Source: an uncultured Thermotogae bacterium
Lineage (GTDB): Bacteria > Bipolaricaulota > Bipolaricaulia > M55B111
Length of the DNA: 53,800 nucleotides
Reading direction: 5' to 3'
NCBI GenBank assembly: GCA_964506635.1
Contig: CAZDMI010000001.1
Span: 1-53,800 of the forward strand
Position 1 is the first letter of the stretch, and the number at the start of each line of letters is the position of its first letter. The position numbers and the translations under genes were made by a program. Positions 32,989 to 41,890 of the stretch are shown here, in pieces. Under the pieces are notes generated by a model. That model had not been told where the DNA came from. It saw only the letters and a list, made by a program, of their open reading frames with translations, and did no database searches.

Positions 32989-34788
32989 TTAAGTCTTTTT
33001 TAGGTAATTTTTCTCCAAAAAACTTTTTAAATTCCGCTCAACCTCGCCCAGCCAATTACCTATTACCCTGTTAAGGGAAAGTGAAAGGGAGTTATTGCCT
33101 CCAAGGGGAGTTGTCAGATGCCAAACTCTTCTAAACTTATCAGCACCGTATTCTTCAAGAAGGTAGCCCACAAAAGCTCCGGCCTCAGAAAGTTTTACAG
33201 CTTCTGCCCCCTCAGCAAAGACCGTTCCCTCCAGAGAGTTCCAATCTCCTTCTGCAAGTATTTCACCGGCCATAGACAAAACTTCCTGGTTTGACAGGTA
33301 ATGCTCCAGACCGTTCCGTAAAAGACCCGAATAAGTCGGGGTTTTTGAGACCCTGTCGACCACGAACTCCGAAACTTCTCCTACCAGGGTTTCAGTTTCA
33401 GTTCCCCAAATGACCGTCTCCGGGGTTTCCAACTCCCTCCAGAGCTTTACCCGGTCGGAGTCGTGCAGCAAAAATATCTTTACCCTCCCCACTTCCTCGC
33501 TTAGCCAGGGAAAGGCATCGCTGGTTCTCTCTAAGACCGAGGAAAGGGATTTCGACGAACCGGTTTTCCTTCCAACCCTTTCTGTAAAAAATACGGGTAC
33601 ACCCCCCAACTTTACTCGCATAATCGGGCCAAATTTGCGGATTAACTTGAGGTATGGCGAAACTTTTTCTCCAATAACCGAACCCTGCTCGGAAGAGATG
33701 GTCTTCTTAAAGTGTTTTTTTGCCCGTTCCCATTCACCCTGGAAGAAATTAATCTTACCCTTTAAAACCTCAACTTTCTCTTCTAACTCCTTTTTTACTT
33801 CTCCTTCAATATTCCGCAAAGGTTTATCAGCGCTCGATAATCTCCCCTGACCGAACAGAAAACGAGCACGATAGTAATAATAGTCCCTGGATTTCCCCGC
33901 GATGGATTCTACGAAATCGTTCCACTTATCATCCATAGCCTGCAGCGAGACTCCAAGGGATTCAGCAACACCTCCCCTGAAACTATTCGCTTTCCATACT
34001 GACCTGACCTCCGGAACACCGTACTTTTCGAGCAGGAAGGAAACAAACGAAGCTGATTCCAGTTGAACTATTTCCTGATATGGTTTCGGACCTCCCTCCG
34101 ACCGGATCAATGACGAAAACAGGGAAAGACTCATACCGGCAGGAGCGTCCGGTGCGTCGAAGTAATCATATATCTTTTCCTGGGCCGTGATCGGTATCCT
34201 ATCAGTATTTTCCAGTTTCGAGACTTCCGAGAGGGTGAAACGGTTCTCCTTCAGGGGGGCAGTTCTCACGTGGGGGTGTTCAAATTGATCAGTCAAATTA
34301 GCCTGAAGCCCCTTTCGGAGGAATTCGGATGAAGGCGGACCCCAGGAAAATAGAGTCAGGGCACGGACCAGAAGTATTTCAACGTTTGAGCCGTAAACCA
34401 GATCAATCGTCACCAGAGGAGCACCTGCCCCTGACGAACTTTTCCTGCGGGCTATCGTTGATTTAAGCGCATTCAAGTCTTTATGAAGGTAAACGTGAAC
34501 CCGGTCCGGAACTCCGCCGTCCAAATTCAGCCTCTTTTCTATCTTTTTTCGGTAGCTAGTTACTTTGGTCAGATAATTTTTCGGTTCCAGTTCCTGCAGG
34601 TCTTTTTCCAGGTAGTGAACGGCGGCCAAATCGTTCCTATCGACCTTCCAATCCGGTCCGGAATTACCAAGGTAAGAGGGTACTAGATAAAAAATCGAGA
34701 CACCAGCGAGCCCAATCGCCAGGAAGAAAAAAGTTAGAACGATCGAAACCCGCCGAAGTGTCCCATGTCCGTTTTCTTTTATGCTCAT
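32989..34788 (-). CDS. Membrane-anchored protein with two degenerate peptidase-MA-like modules
   Basis: N-terminal TM (IVLTFFFLAIGLAGVSIFYLV). There are two internally similar modules ending SFVSFLLEKYGVPEVRSVW and AFVGYLLEEYGADKFRRVW. No HExxH motif anywhere in the protein. It is the last gene of the Opp-type cluster 2. Confidence 0.65.
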   Translation of the reverse strand: MSIKENGHGTLRRVSIVLTFFFLAIGLAGVSIFYLVPSYLGNSGPDWKVDRNDLAAVHYLEKDLQELEPKNYLTKVTSYRKKIEKRLNLDGGVPDRVHVYLHKDLNALKSTIARRKSSSGAGAPLVTIDLVYGSNVEILLVRALTLFSWGPPSSEFLRKGLQANLTDQFEHPHVRTAPLKENRFTLSEVSKLENTDRIPITAQEKIYDYFDAPDAPAGMSLSLFSSLIRSEGGPKPYQEIVQLESASFVSFLLEKYGVPEVRSVWKANSFRGGVAESLGVSLQAMDDKWNDFVESIAGKSRDYYYYRARFLFGQGRLSSADKPLRNIEGEVKKELEEKVEVLKGKINFFQGEWERAKKHFKKTISSEQGSVIGEKVSPYLKLIRKFGPIMRVKLGGVPVFFTERVGRKTGSSKSLSSVLERTSDAFPWLSEEVGRVKIFLLHDSDRVKLWRELETPETVIWGTETETLVGEVSEFVVDRVSKTPTYSGLLRNGLEHYLSNQEVLSMAGEILAEGDWNSLEGTVFAEGAEAVKLSEAGAFVGYLLEEYGADKFRRVWHLTTPLGGNNSLSLSLNRVIGNWLGEVERNLKSFLEKNYLKKT

Positions 34789-34810
34789 CCCCTTTTAATA
34801 TCTCGGTAAG

Positions 34811-35950
34811 TTACTCTTGAACGGTGGCAAACGGATCAGCTGCGTCTCTCAAGGCATCGCCGACGAAATTCATCGCAAGTACCGCAACTATAATGAACCC
34901 ACCGGGAATTAATAACCAGGGATAAGAAGTGAGGGATTGGACGTTATTTGCTTGGCTCAACAATAATCCCCAGCTGGTCTGGGGTTCCTGAATACCTAAT
35001 CCAAGGAAACTAAGGCTGGCCTCCCCCAAGATCATTCCAGGAATTGTCAGGGTTGAACTTATAATTAGATAGGAAACCGTATTCGGAAGGATATGCCGGA
35101 ACATAACTCGCCAGTTACTTCCGCCAGCAGCTCTGGCAGCCATGGTATAGTCTTCCTCCCTAGCTGAGAGAACTAGCCCCCTCAGGGTACGAGCTGGAGT
35201 GGTCCAGTCTACAAAGGAAAACACCGCAACAATGAAAAAGAACCGCAACGATGAAGGAACACTTTGGAATATCATAGCCAGGGAAAGCCACAGCGGAAGT
35301 TTCGGAAAAGCCATTATTACTTCGATTATCCTCTGGGTAATCATATCCACTACTCCACCGAAAAAACCCGAAATTAAACCTATTGGGATGGCAATGATCA
35401 AAGTAGTAATTAAAGCAAATGGCCCGATTGCTAGAGAAACCCACCCGCCCCAGAGCGTCCGGGTAAACATGTCCCTACCGAATTTGTCGGTGCCAAATAG
35501 AAAGACCGGTGCTTCGGGTTCACCCGTGCCGAATAAGTGGATTCGTGATTCGAATAACCCCCAGAAGCTATACTTTTCCCCTTTGACGAAGAGCTTTACA
35601 GGATACTTTTCCCCATCTTCGTCCCGTGTAAAAACCTTTTTGAAGTTTTCGTTGAACTCGGACTCCAGTTTGTAAACGTAGGGCCAGGTTAATCCTTCTT
35701 CGTCGAAAAAGTGTACCTTCGTCGGGGGGGCGTGAGAGTAATCCCTGTGCTGTTCTTTATAATCGTATGGGCCGATGAAATTGGCACCAAATACAATCAA
35801 GGCAAGAACAAGAATTACTACACCACCAACCCTGCCAGCCGTGTGGCGTTTAAACCGCCGCCACATCCTTGCCCACTGTGATTCTTCCTCTTCCTCCTCG
35901 ACTTCGAGTTCTAGCTCGGACTGTTCAGTCACCTCGTCCTCCTCAGTCAT
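34811..35950 (-). CDS. Opp/Dpp-type ABC permease (OppC-like) with an acidic N-terminal extension
   Basis: ATG at 35950 with GAGGA SD, overlapping the upstream stop (ATGACTGA). BPD_transp_1 core with the EEDYTMAARAAGGSNWRVMFRHILP loop. Confidence 0.9.
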   Translation of the reverse strand: MTEEDEVTEQSELELEVEEEEEESQWARMWRRFKRHTAGRVGGVVILVLALIVFGANFIGPYDYKEQHRDYSHAPPTKVHFFDEEGLTWPYVYKLESEFNENFKKVFTRDEDGEKYPVKLFVKGEKYSFWGLFESRIHLFGTGEPEAPVFLFGTDKFGRDMFTRTLWGGWVSLAIGPFALITTLIIAIPIGLISGFFGGVVDMITQRIIEVIMAFPKLPLWLSLAMIFQSVPSSLRFFFIVAVFSFVDWTTPARTLRGLVLSAREEDYTMAARAAGGSNWRVMFRHILPNTVSYLIISSTLTIPGMILGEASLSFLGLGIQEPQTSWGLLLSQANNVQSLTSYPWLLIPGGFIIVAVLAMNFVGDALRDAADPFATVQE

Positions 35951-36947
35951 AGCGAATCCTCGGGTCGTTCCAGGCAAGTAAGAAATCCGCAACAAGGTTA
36001 CCAAAGAGCAACATCAACGCGAAAAACGTCAGTCCAACCATTATGACCTGCTCGTCCTGCTGGTTAAGTGCCATCCAGTAAGCTCTTTCAACCGTAGGTA
36101 TCCCGAGAACGATTGCAGTAATCAAAGCCCCCGAAACGAGCCGGCGAAAAGAATAGCCAAAACCAGTAATCAGCGGGTTTATAGCGTTCCGGAAAACGTG
36201 TTTGTAAACTACAGAACGGTGGCTCAACCCCTTTGACTCTGCAGTCTGGGCAAACTGCCTGTTGAGGAATTCGAGCATCTGACCGCGCATCAGCCTTACC
36301 ACTCCCGCCATAGAAGCCGTCCCGACTGCGATCACGTAAGGCCAGACGTGCCAGAAAAAGTTTCCGATCTTTCCCCAGTTGGGCATAAATCCATTAAACC
36401 ACGGGGCCGAAATGTACTTTTGAATAAATAAACCCCCAATTCCAAGGTTCGGCCCGACCTGGAAAACGGCAGCTAGTAAATAAAGCAAAACCAGGGCCAG
36501 GAAAAAGTTGGGAACCGAGAGCCCTATAAAGGATAGTAGCGTAAAAAAGTGATCCGATGATTCGTACTGGTGAACTGCTGAATAAATCCCAATGGGAATA
36601 CTCAAGGCATAGGTAAAAAACAGGGTTAAAATTCCCAGGAAGATCGTATAGCCGATCCTGCCTTCAAACAAAACCACCGAAACCGGAGCGTAATTTGCGA
36701 AGGAAAAGCCGAGCTGACCCTTTGTTACCACGTTCTTCACCCACTTCCAGTAACGCACGTAAACGGGGTCGTCCAGACCCAGCCTTTCCTTTTGCTTCTT
36801 GATCATCTCCCTGCTGATGGTCGGATCAAACTTATGCTTTGTCAAATAGTTACCCGGAATCATCTGAACTATCCCGAAGGAGATGATCGATATCAAAATT
36901 ATGGTCGGGATCATGTAAAGAACCCGGCGTATCATATAAGAAAGCAT
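35943..36947 (-). CDS. Opp/Dpp-type ABC permease (OppB-like)
   Basis: Typical N-terminus MLSYMIRRVLYMIPTIILISIISFGIVQ and EAA region QFAQTAESKGLSHRSVVYKHVFRNA. Confidence 0.9.
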   Translation of the reverse strand: MLSYMIRRVLYMIPTIILISIISFGIVQMIPGNYLTKHKFDPTISREMIKKQKERLGLDDPVYVRYWKWVKNVVTKGQLGFSFANYAPVSVVLFEGRIGYTIFLGILTLFFTYALSIPIGIYSAVHQYESSDHFFTLLSFIGLSVPNFFLALVLLYLLAAVFQVGPNLGIGGLFIQKYISAPWFNGFMPNWGKIGNFFWHVWPYVIAVGTASMAGVVRLMRGQMLEFLNRQFAQTAESKGLSHRSVVYKHVFRNAINPLITGFGYSFRRLVSGALITAIVLGIPTVERAYWMALNQQDEQVIMVGLTFFALMLLFGNLVADFLLAWNDPRIRYD

Positions 36948-36955
36948 AGTGAAAT

Positions 36956-36985
36956 CCGGGACGAGGTAATCACTCCTCGCCCCGG
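36956..36985 (-). promoter_or_regulatory. Intercistronic hairpin between the binding-protein and permease genes of cluster 2
   Basis: 11-bp stem (one G-U) with an 8-nt loop: minus-sense CCGGGGCGAGG (36985-36975) / CCTCGTCCCGG (36966-36956). It ends 8 nt before the permease ATG. Confidence 0.55.
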
Positions 36986-37013
36986 GTAAACTTCACCTCA
37001 GTTTATAAAACTT

Positions 37014-38804
37014 CTACTTCTTCCACCAGATATATTCTGCGTGCCCCAGAGTGGAGCCAAGCGGGCTATAGGTTTCGGTATTCTGAAGCTTGTTTTCGGC
37101 AGCGTAGAGGTAGACTTCACCCGCCGTATAAATAACTGGTACCTGTTCGGATGCAATCATCTGGAACTCGTTGTAATACTTCTTCCGGTTTTCGTAACCG
37201 ACGTGTTTTAAGCCTTCGTTGAATAGCTCCGTGACCCTTTTCTCCCATTCAGATGGATTCTTGGATGCGTTCAGGTGCCACATATGTAATGAACCGCTGC
37301 TCGACCATACGTTCTTGGCGCTATTAGGTTCGATTGGGTCCCCGACCAAACCAACTATGACCGATTCGTACTTGCCGCCCAGCAGCTTTTGAACCATGGG
37401 GTTGAAGCTTATTGGATTCAGATTTGCATCGACACCGATTTTCTTGAAGTCCGTTGAAACTATGTTTCCAACGTCAACTCGACGGGTAGCTCCTTTGTTA
37501 GTCATTAGTTCGAAGGAAAGATCCTTTCCGTCTGGCAGTTCCCTAGTTCCGTCGTCATCCGTGTCTTTAAGTCCGAGTTCGTCCAGCATCTTTCTAGCTT
37601 TTTCCAGGTTGAATTCTTTAGGATACGCTTCTTTCGCTTTGGAATTATAGTAAGGGGAGAGCTGTGATATTGGACTGACCTGAGCTATAGCAAGCCCATT
37701 GTATATATTATCGATAATATCTTGCCTGTTTACGGCATGAGACATCGCCCGCCGGAACTTCTTGTTCCTGAATACTTTAGCCAGTGCTTCACTTGAAGTA
37801 TCCCAGTTGAAGGCAATAAAGTCAGTACCCGCAGGAGCTCCCGTTGAGGGTTTCTGGTTGATTTTTACGTTCCAGTTCTCCTTATCCTCATTTCGTAAGA
37901 GATACGGAATATCCTCGGCCCTGGCAGCAAGGACGTCAAGCTCGTGGTTCTTAAATTTGAGCATCTGTACGTCGGTATTCTTTACCTTGAGGAAGATAAG
38001 CTCGTCGAGGTAGGGAAGCTGCGTCCCTTCCGGATCCCTTTTATAGTAGTATGGGTTCCGCTTCAATACTATTTGTTGTGCGGGGGCAAAGTTCTTGACC
38101 ATAAAGGGGCCAGCACCAATTATCTTTTCCGGATTGTTGGCAGCTACCTGTTTCCCCCAGGCGCTATTGAATTCCTCGCCGTCAAAATTAGGAAAGGCAT
38201 GTCGTGGGTAGATCGGCGTATAACCAATTTGCCGAACAAAAGGTCCAAAAACAGTTGGTGTGGTAAACTGAACTGTGTATTTGTCAATCTTCTTAATAGA
38301 TGGAAGTTTGCCTTCCACTTTTAGAATGCTTCGGGCATCCGCGGAAACTTTTTCGTTAAATATTATTTTCTTAAAAGTGAATACGACGTCTTCGGCAGTA
38401 AGTGGTTTTCCATCGTTAAACTTGACACCCTTTCTGAGGTGGAAAGTATACGTCTTCTTGTCCTCGGAAATTTCCCAGTCCTTAGCTATTGCCGGAACGG
38501 TTTTTCCGGTAGCGGGCGAGGTATCGGTCAACCCAGCCCCCATGATCATGTCCGTAACGTCGGTGGAAGACGTTTCCTGGGCAACTGCGTGGTTGAAAGT
38601 TTTAGGAAGACTTATACTTGCCAGAGTGACTGAACCGCCCTTCTTGCCCGAAGAGAGTGGCCCCATACCCCAGGTAGCGTTTTTATTGCCAATAGGTACA
38701 ACCATCGGCTCCTCAACTTCGTGACCTGAAGCCAGACCAACCAATCCAGCACCCGTAACTAGTAGTGCCAGAGCAATGAACAAAACTGTACTTTTTCTAA
38801 CCAT
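37014..38804 (-). CDS. Family-5 (Opp/Dpp-type) substrate-binding protein
   Basis: ATG at 38804 with GGGAGGT SD; the ORF track extends it to 38831. Signal peptide ends ...GLVGLASGHEVEE (no lipobox). SBP_bac_5-like core. Confidence 0.9.
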   Translation of the reverse strand: MVRKSTVLFIALALLVTGAGLVGLASGHEVEEPMVVPIGNKNATWGMGPLSSGKKGGSVTLASISLPKTFNHAVAQETSSTDVTDMIMGAGLTDTSPATGKTVPAIAKDWEISEDKKTYTFHLRKGVKFNDGKPLTAEDVVFTFKKIIFNEKVSADARSILKVEGKLPSIKKIDKYTVQFTTPTVFGPFVRQIGYTPIYPRHAFPNFDGEEFNSAWGKQVAANNPEKIIGAGPFMVKNFAPAQQIVLKRNPYYYKRDPEGTQLPYLDELIFLKVKNTDVQMLKFKNHELDVLAARAEDIPYLLRNEDKENWNVKINQKPSTGAPAGTDFIAFNWDTSSEALAKVFRNKKFRRAMSHAVNRQDIIDNIYNGLAIAQVSPISQLSPYYNSKAKEAYPKEFNLEKARKMLDELGLKDTDDDGTRELPDGKDLSFELMTNKGATRRVDVGNIVSTDFKKIGVDANLNPISFNPMVQKLLGGKYESVIVGLVGDPIEPNSAKNVWSSSGSLHMWHLNASKNPSEWEKRVTELFNEGLKHVGYENRKKYYNEFQMIASEQVPVIYTAGEVYLYAAENKLQNTETYSPLGSTLGHAEYIWWKK

Positions 38805-38827
38805 TTTTATACCTCCCTGAATCAAAG

Positions 38828-39793
38828 TCAATTTGCAAGCCTATTTGCCAGCGCCCTGACGACAGCAAGCTTATATCCCTCAGAGGAGCTTTTCGTAGCT
38901 AAAGCCGCCATATCCATTAAATCTTCCTCGGTTTTATCCGAAGAAATAAGTGTTTCTGCCAGTCCTTCACCGGCTCCCTGTCTTACTGCCTTGGTACTAC
39001 CGTTTTTGGCCAGAGTGGTCAATTTCTCAAGCTTCAGGTTCTCCGCAGCTAGCTTGCCAAAAGCGAGACCGGCAGCTTTCCTTTCTCCCGGGGTCAGTTC
39101 CTTGTCTTTCGCCATTTTCTGGAGCTCCTTGAACTTCATGCTGGGAGAAAGAGGACTACTGTAAAGAACTGATAGAGCCTCGTAAGCAGCTTCTTCTATC
39201 ATCGAGTACTCAGCTTCCTTGATCATGCTTTTTAACTCTTCTGCCGACTTCTCGTTCGGGTATATCGATGCCAGTGCTTCAGTAACTGCAATTTGCAGGC
39301 CGGAAAACTCTACTTTATCCGTTACCACGAACCGCAAAGCCTCCAGGTCCTCGGTACTGTAGCCCTTGACTCCGTTGAGGTTGAAGGAAGTAAAGAAGGT
39401 AGCCAGAGCTTTTCCGGCCGCCTCTTTGATTGCGTCGGTTTCTCCGGAGACGGCTTTCTTTCTTACTTCTTTTGCCTTTTCCTGGGCTTTTTCTCTGGTA
39501 TTGATATTGGAAACGTCACCATACTTCTCAACCAGTGCCGGTACTGCGGCTTTTCTCAGACCGGCCCTGTCGCCTTTTGCTATCGATTCAAGTTTTTTCA
39601 GACTGAGATCGGACTTTACGTACACTTCGGCCAGTGCCTCCACGGCGGCTTCCTGTACCAGACCGGGCACGGCTTCGGAAGTAGCAAGAGATTCTAGTTC
39701 AGCCCGTGGTCGTGCCACGGTGGCGAAAGTAAACCCAACCAGCAGTACTAATGCAAGCGAGATAACGGATAGCTGCTTTAAATTCGGTTTCAT
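38828..39793 (-). CDS. Secreted HEAT-like alpha-helical repeat protein (321 aa), paralog A
   Basis: GGAGGT SD and signal peptide MKPNLKQLSVISLALVLLVGFTFATVA. Recurring modules of about 30 aa (AAVEALAEVY, AAVPALVEKY, EAAGKALATFF, AVTEALASIY, EAAYEALSVLY, RKAAGLAFGKLA, AVVRALANRL). Confidence 0.75.
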   Translation of the reverse strand: MKPNLKQLSVISLALVLLVGFTFATVARPRAELESLATSEAVPGLVQEAAVEALAEVYVKSDLSLKKLESIAKGDRAGLRKAAVPALVEKYGDVSNINTREKAQEKAKEVRKKAVSGETDAIKEAAGKALATFFTSFNLNGVKGYSTEDLEALRFVVTDKVEFSGLQIAVTEALASIYPNEKSAEELKSMIKEAEYSMIEEAAYEALSVLYSSPLSPSMKFKELQKMAKDKELTPGERKAAGLAFGKLAAENLKLEKLTTLAKNGSTKAVRQGAGEGLAETLISSDKTEEDLMDMAALATKSSSEGYKLAVVRALANRLAN

Positions 39794-39805
39794 TTAGTAC
39801 CTCCT
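39330..39805 (-). repeat. Copy 1 of a 476-bp perfect direct repeat (SD plus signal peptide plus the first ~155 codons of the HEAT-repeat gene)
   Basis: Reads identical base for base to 41074-41549 (offset 1,744 bp). This is corroborated by the identical translations of ORFs 39366..39797 and 41110..41541 and by the identical N-termini of both genes. Confidence 0.95.
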
Positions 39806-40013
39806 TTAGTAAATTAGCTATTGAAACGAAAACAGACTAAAAATTCGCCCAAGAGGTCGATACCTCCAGCCTTTCATTACCACCTCCAGGATTAACATCT
39901 CCAACTTGGGAATTTATAACCAAGTTCGGCCTACTTCTCAATCAAGACAATTTCGAACTCAAAATCATTTGTTTTGCCCAGCAAACAGTATTAATCACGC
40001 TAGTGAACGATAT

Positions 40014-41537
40014 TTACTGATTCACTTGGTAGACCACGTGGATCTTTATTTTGCCCTTGTTCGTTAACCCGCCTTCATCTTTCACCGTATAACTAGTAGA
40101 GAAATCACCAAGCCGAAGGTTTGACGTATAAATCGCACGTCCGGTGGTCTCATCCACTTCAAGCCTTCCCTCGGAAGGCTGACCGAAGGAAGTAACCGTC
40201 ATTTTTTGCCCTTCAACGTCGCTATCATTTGCAAACAGGTAAAAGCTGGTTGAAAGCGACTCCGCAATATTTAAAGTCACTTCGTCGTTTTTTACAGTTG
40301 GTGGGTCGTTCACCTGTTTAATTTGCAAATTCACCTTAACTTCCGAGCTCAAAGCTCCGTCCGTAACTTCGTACAGAAAGAGATCTTTTCCAGCGTAATT
40401 ACCCTCCGGCTCGTAATGAAAAGAACCGTCTTCATTGAGAGTTAGGGCCCCATGCTCGGGATTTTCCAGCAAGTTCGCCACTAACTCATCTCCATCCGGG
40501 TCCCAATCATTGGCCAGCACGCCGGGCGCTTTTACTCCCAGCTCGGAATCCTCCTTTAAAACGTATTCGTCCGGAACGCCTTCAGGTGGCCTCTCAAGTT
40601 TATGGGCAAGCCCTCCACGCAAACCGTAACTTAAGCTCTCGCTGCGCTGTTTCAGGTCCTCGTAAATTTGAAGCACTTCAGTCTCCGTCCTATCCGATTC
40701 TATAATTTGCCTTTTTAATGCTATTCCAGCCCCTTTTGCCAGCTGGATATGAGACGAACGTGTAAGTGTCAATAACTCTTCGAGCTTTACTTTTTTGACA
40801 GCCATTTTACCGAACGCCAGTGCTGCCGCCCGTCGCATCCAGGATCCTCTCTGTTGACTTTTTGCCAGTGATTTAATCTTCTTTAAATCAGTATTCCCGT
40901 CGTTGACGTAGTGTAAAGCAAGCCCTTCTAAAGCCGTAATTCTTTTTAACTTGTTCTCCGAGCCGGTCAATAGCTGCTCGAGTTCTCCCCGGCTTAACTT
41001 ATGAAAAAAGATACTGGAAAACCCTTCTACCTTTACCTGCAGGTTACTAAAATCTATTTCATCAGTTAAGAGAAACCGCAAAGCCTCCAGGTCCTCGGTA
41101 CTGTAGCCCTTGACTCCGTTGAGGTTGAAGGAAGTAAAGAAGGTAGCCAGAGCTTTTCCGGCCGCCTCTTTGATTGCGTCGGTTTCTCCGGAGACGGCTT
41201 TCTTTCTTACTTCTTTTGCCTTTTCCTGGGCTTTTTCTCTGGTATTGATATTGGAAACGTCACCATACTTCTCAACCAGTGCCGGTACTGCGGCTTTTCT
41301 CAGACCGGCCCTGTCGCCTTTTGCTATCGATTCAAGTTTTTTCAGACTGAGATCGGACTTTACGTACACTTCGGCCAGTGCCTCCACGGCGGCTTCCTGT
41401 ACCAGACCGGGCACGGCTTCGGAAGTAGCAAGAGATTCTAGTTCAGCCCGTGGTCGTGCCACGGTGGCGAAAGTAAACCCAACCAGCAGTACTAATGCAA
41501 GCGAGATAACGGATAGCTGCTTTAAATTCGGTTTCAT
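40014..41537 (-). CDS. Secreted HEAT-like repeat protein with two C-terminal cadherin/VCBS-like Ig domains (507 aa), paralog B
   Basis: The first ~155 aa are identical to paralog A, the middle is diverged but homologous, and the C-terminus carries VLANDWDPDGDEL... and LFANDSDVEGQKM... modules typical of bacterial cadherin-like repeats. Confidence 0.75.
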   Translation of the reverse strand: MKPNLKQLSVISLALVLLVGFTFATVARPRAELESLATSEAVPGLVQEAAVEALAEVYVKSDLSLKKLESIAKGDRAGLRKAAVPALVEKYGDVSNINTREKAQEKAKEVRKKAVSGETDAIKEAAGKALATFFTSFNLNGVKGYSTEDLEALRFLLTDEIDFSNLQVKVEGFSSIFFHKLSRGELEQLLTGSENKLKRITALEGLALHYVNDGNTDLKKIKSLAKSQQRGSWMRRAAALAFGKMAVKKVKLEELLTLTRSSHIQLAKGAGIALKRQIIESDRTETEVLQIYEDLKQRSESLSYGLRGGLAHKLERPPEGVPDEYVLKEDSELGVKAPGVLANDWDPDGDELVANLLENPEHGALTLNEDGSFHYEPEGNYAGKDLFLYEVTDGALSSEVKVNLQIKQVNDPPTVKNDEVTLNIAESLSTSFYLFANDSDVEGQKMTVTSFGQPSEGRLEVDETTGRAIYTSNLRLGDFSTSYTVKDEGGLTNKGKIKIHVVYQVNQ

Positions 41538-41549
41538 TTAGTACCTCCT
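41074..41549 (-). repeat. Copy 2 of the 476-bp perfect direct repeat
   Basis: See copy 1. The sequences diverge immediately outside both boundaries. Confidence 0.95.
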
Positions 41550-41808
41550 GTAGAGGCAACAGTATATTTAAATCTCCTCGTTCGCGCAGGTAGAAGGTTA
41601 ATATGTAACCCAGATTAAAAACCCAACTACGAATTTACAGAACAATTTACAATCGTTAGTGCTCCCGGATGAAGAAACAAATAACGTCAGATTTTATTAT
41701 CGCAAAATTTATTCATTTTTCAACATAAAAGGCACAATTGAAAAGTGCAAAACCGCCTAAAAGTTCCACCACAACAAACCGCTGATAATGACTGACCGAC
41801 TTTGGGGT

Positions 41809-41840
41809 AAAAAGGAGAAAAAAACAAAGACTTTCTCCCC
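41809..41840 (-). terminator. Possible terminator after tatC (second copy)
   Basis: Minus-sense GGAGAAA (41839-41833) / TTTCTCC (41821-41815), followed by TTTT. Weak, AT-rich. Confidence 0.35.
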
Positions 41841-41890
41841 CAGGAACCACTTAGCATCAGTACCTTTCAATCAAGTAAGTAAGGCTACTT

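Noticed and set aside
39330-41549. The 476-bp repeat as a diversity-generating retroelement TR/VR pair, or as IS/MITE ends
   Set aside because: The copies are identical, with no adenine-specific differences. There is no reverse transcriptase, transposase, terminal inverted repeat or target-site duplication nearby. The repeat is simply the shared 5' part of two paralogous genes.
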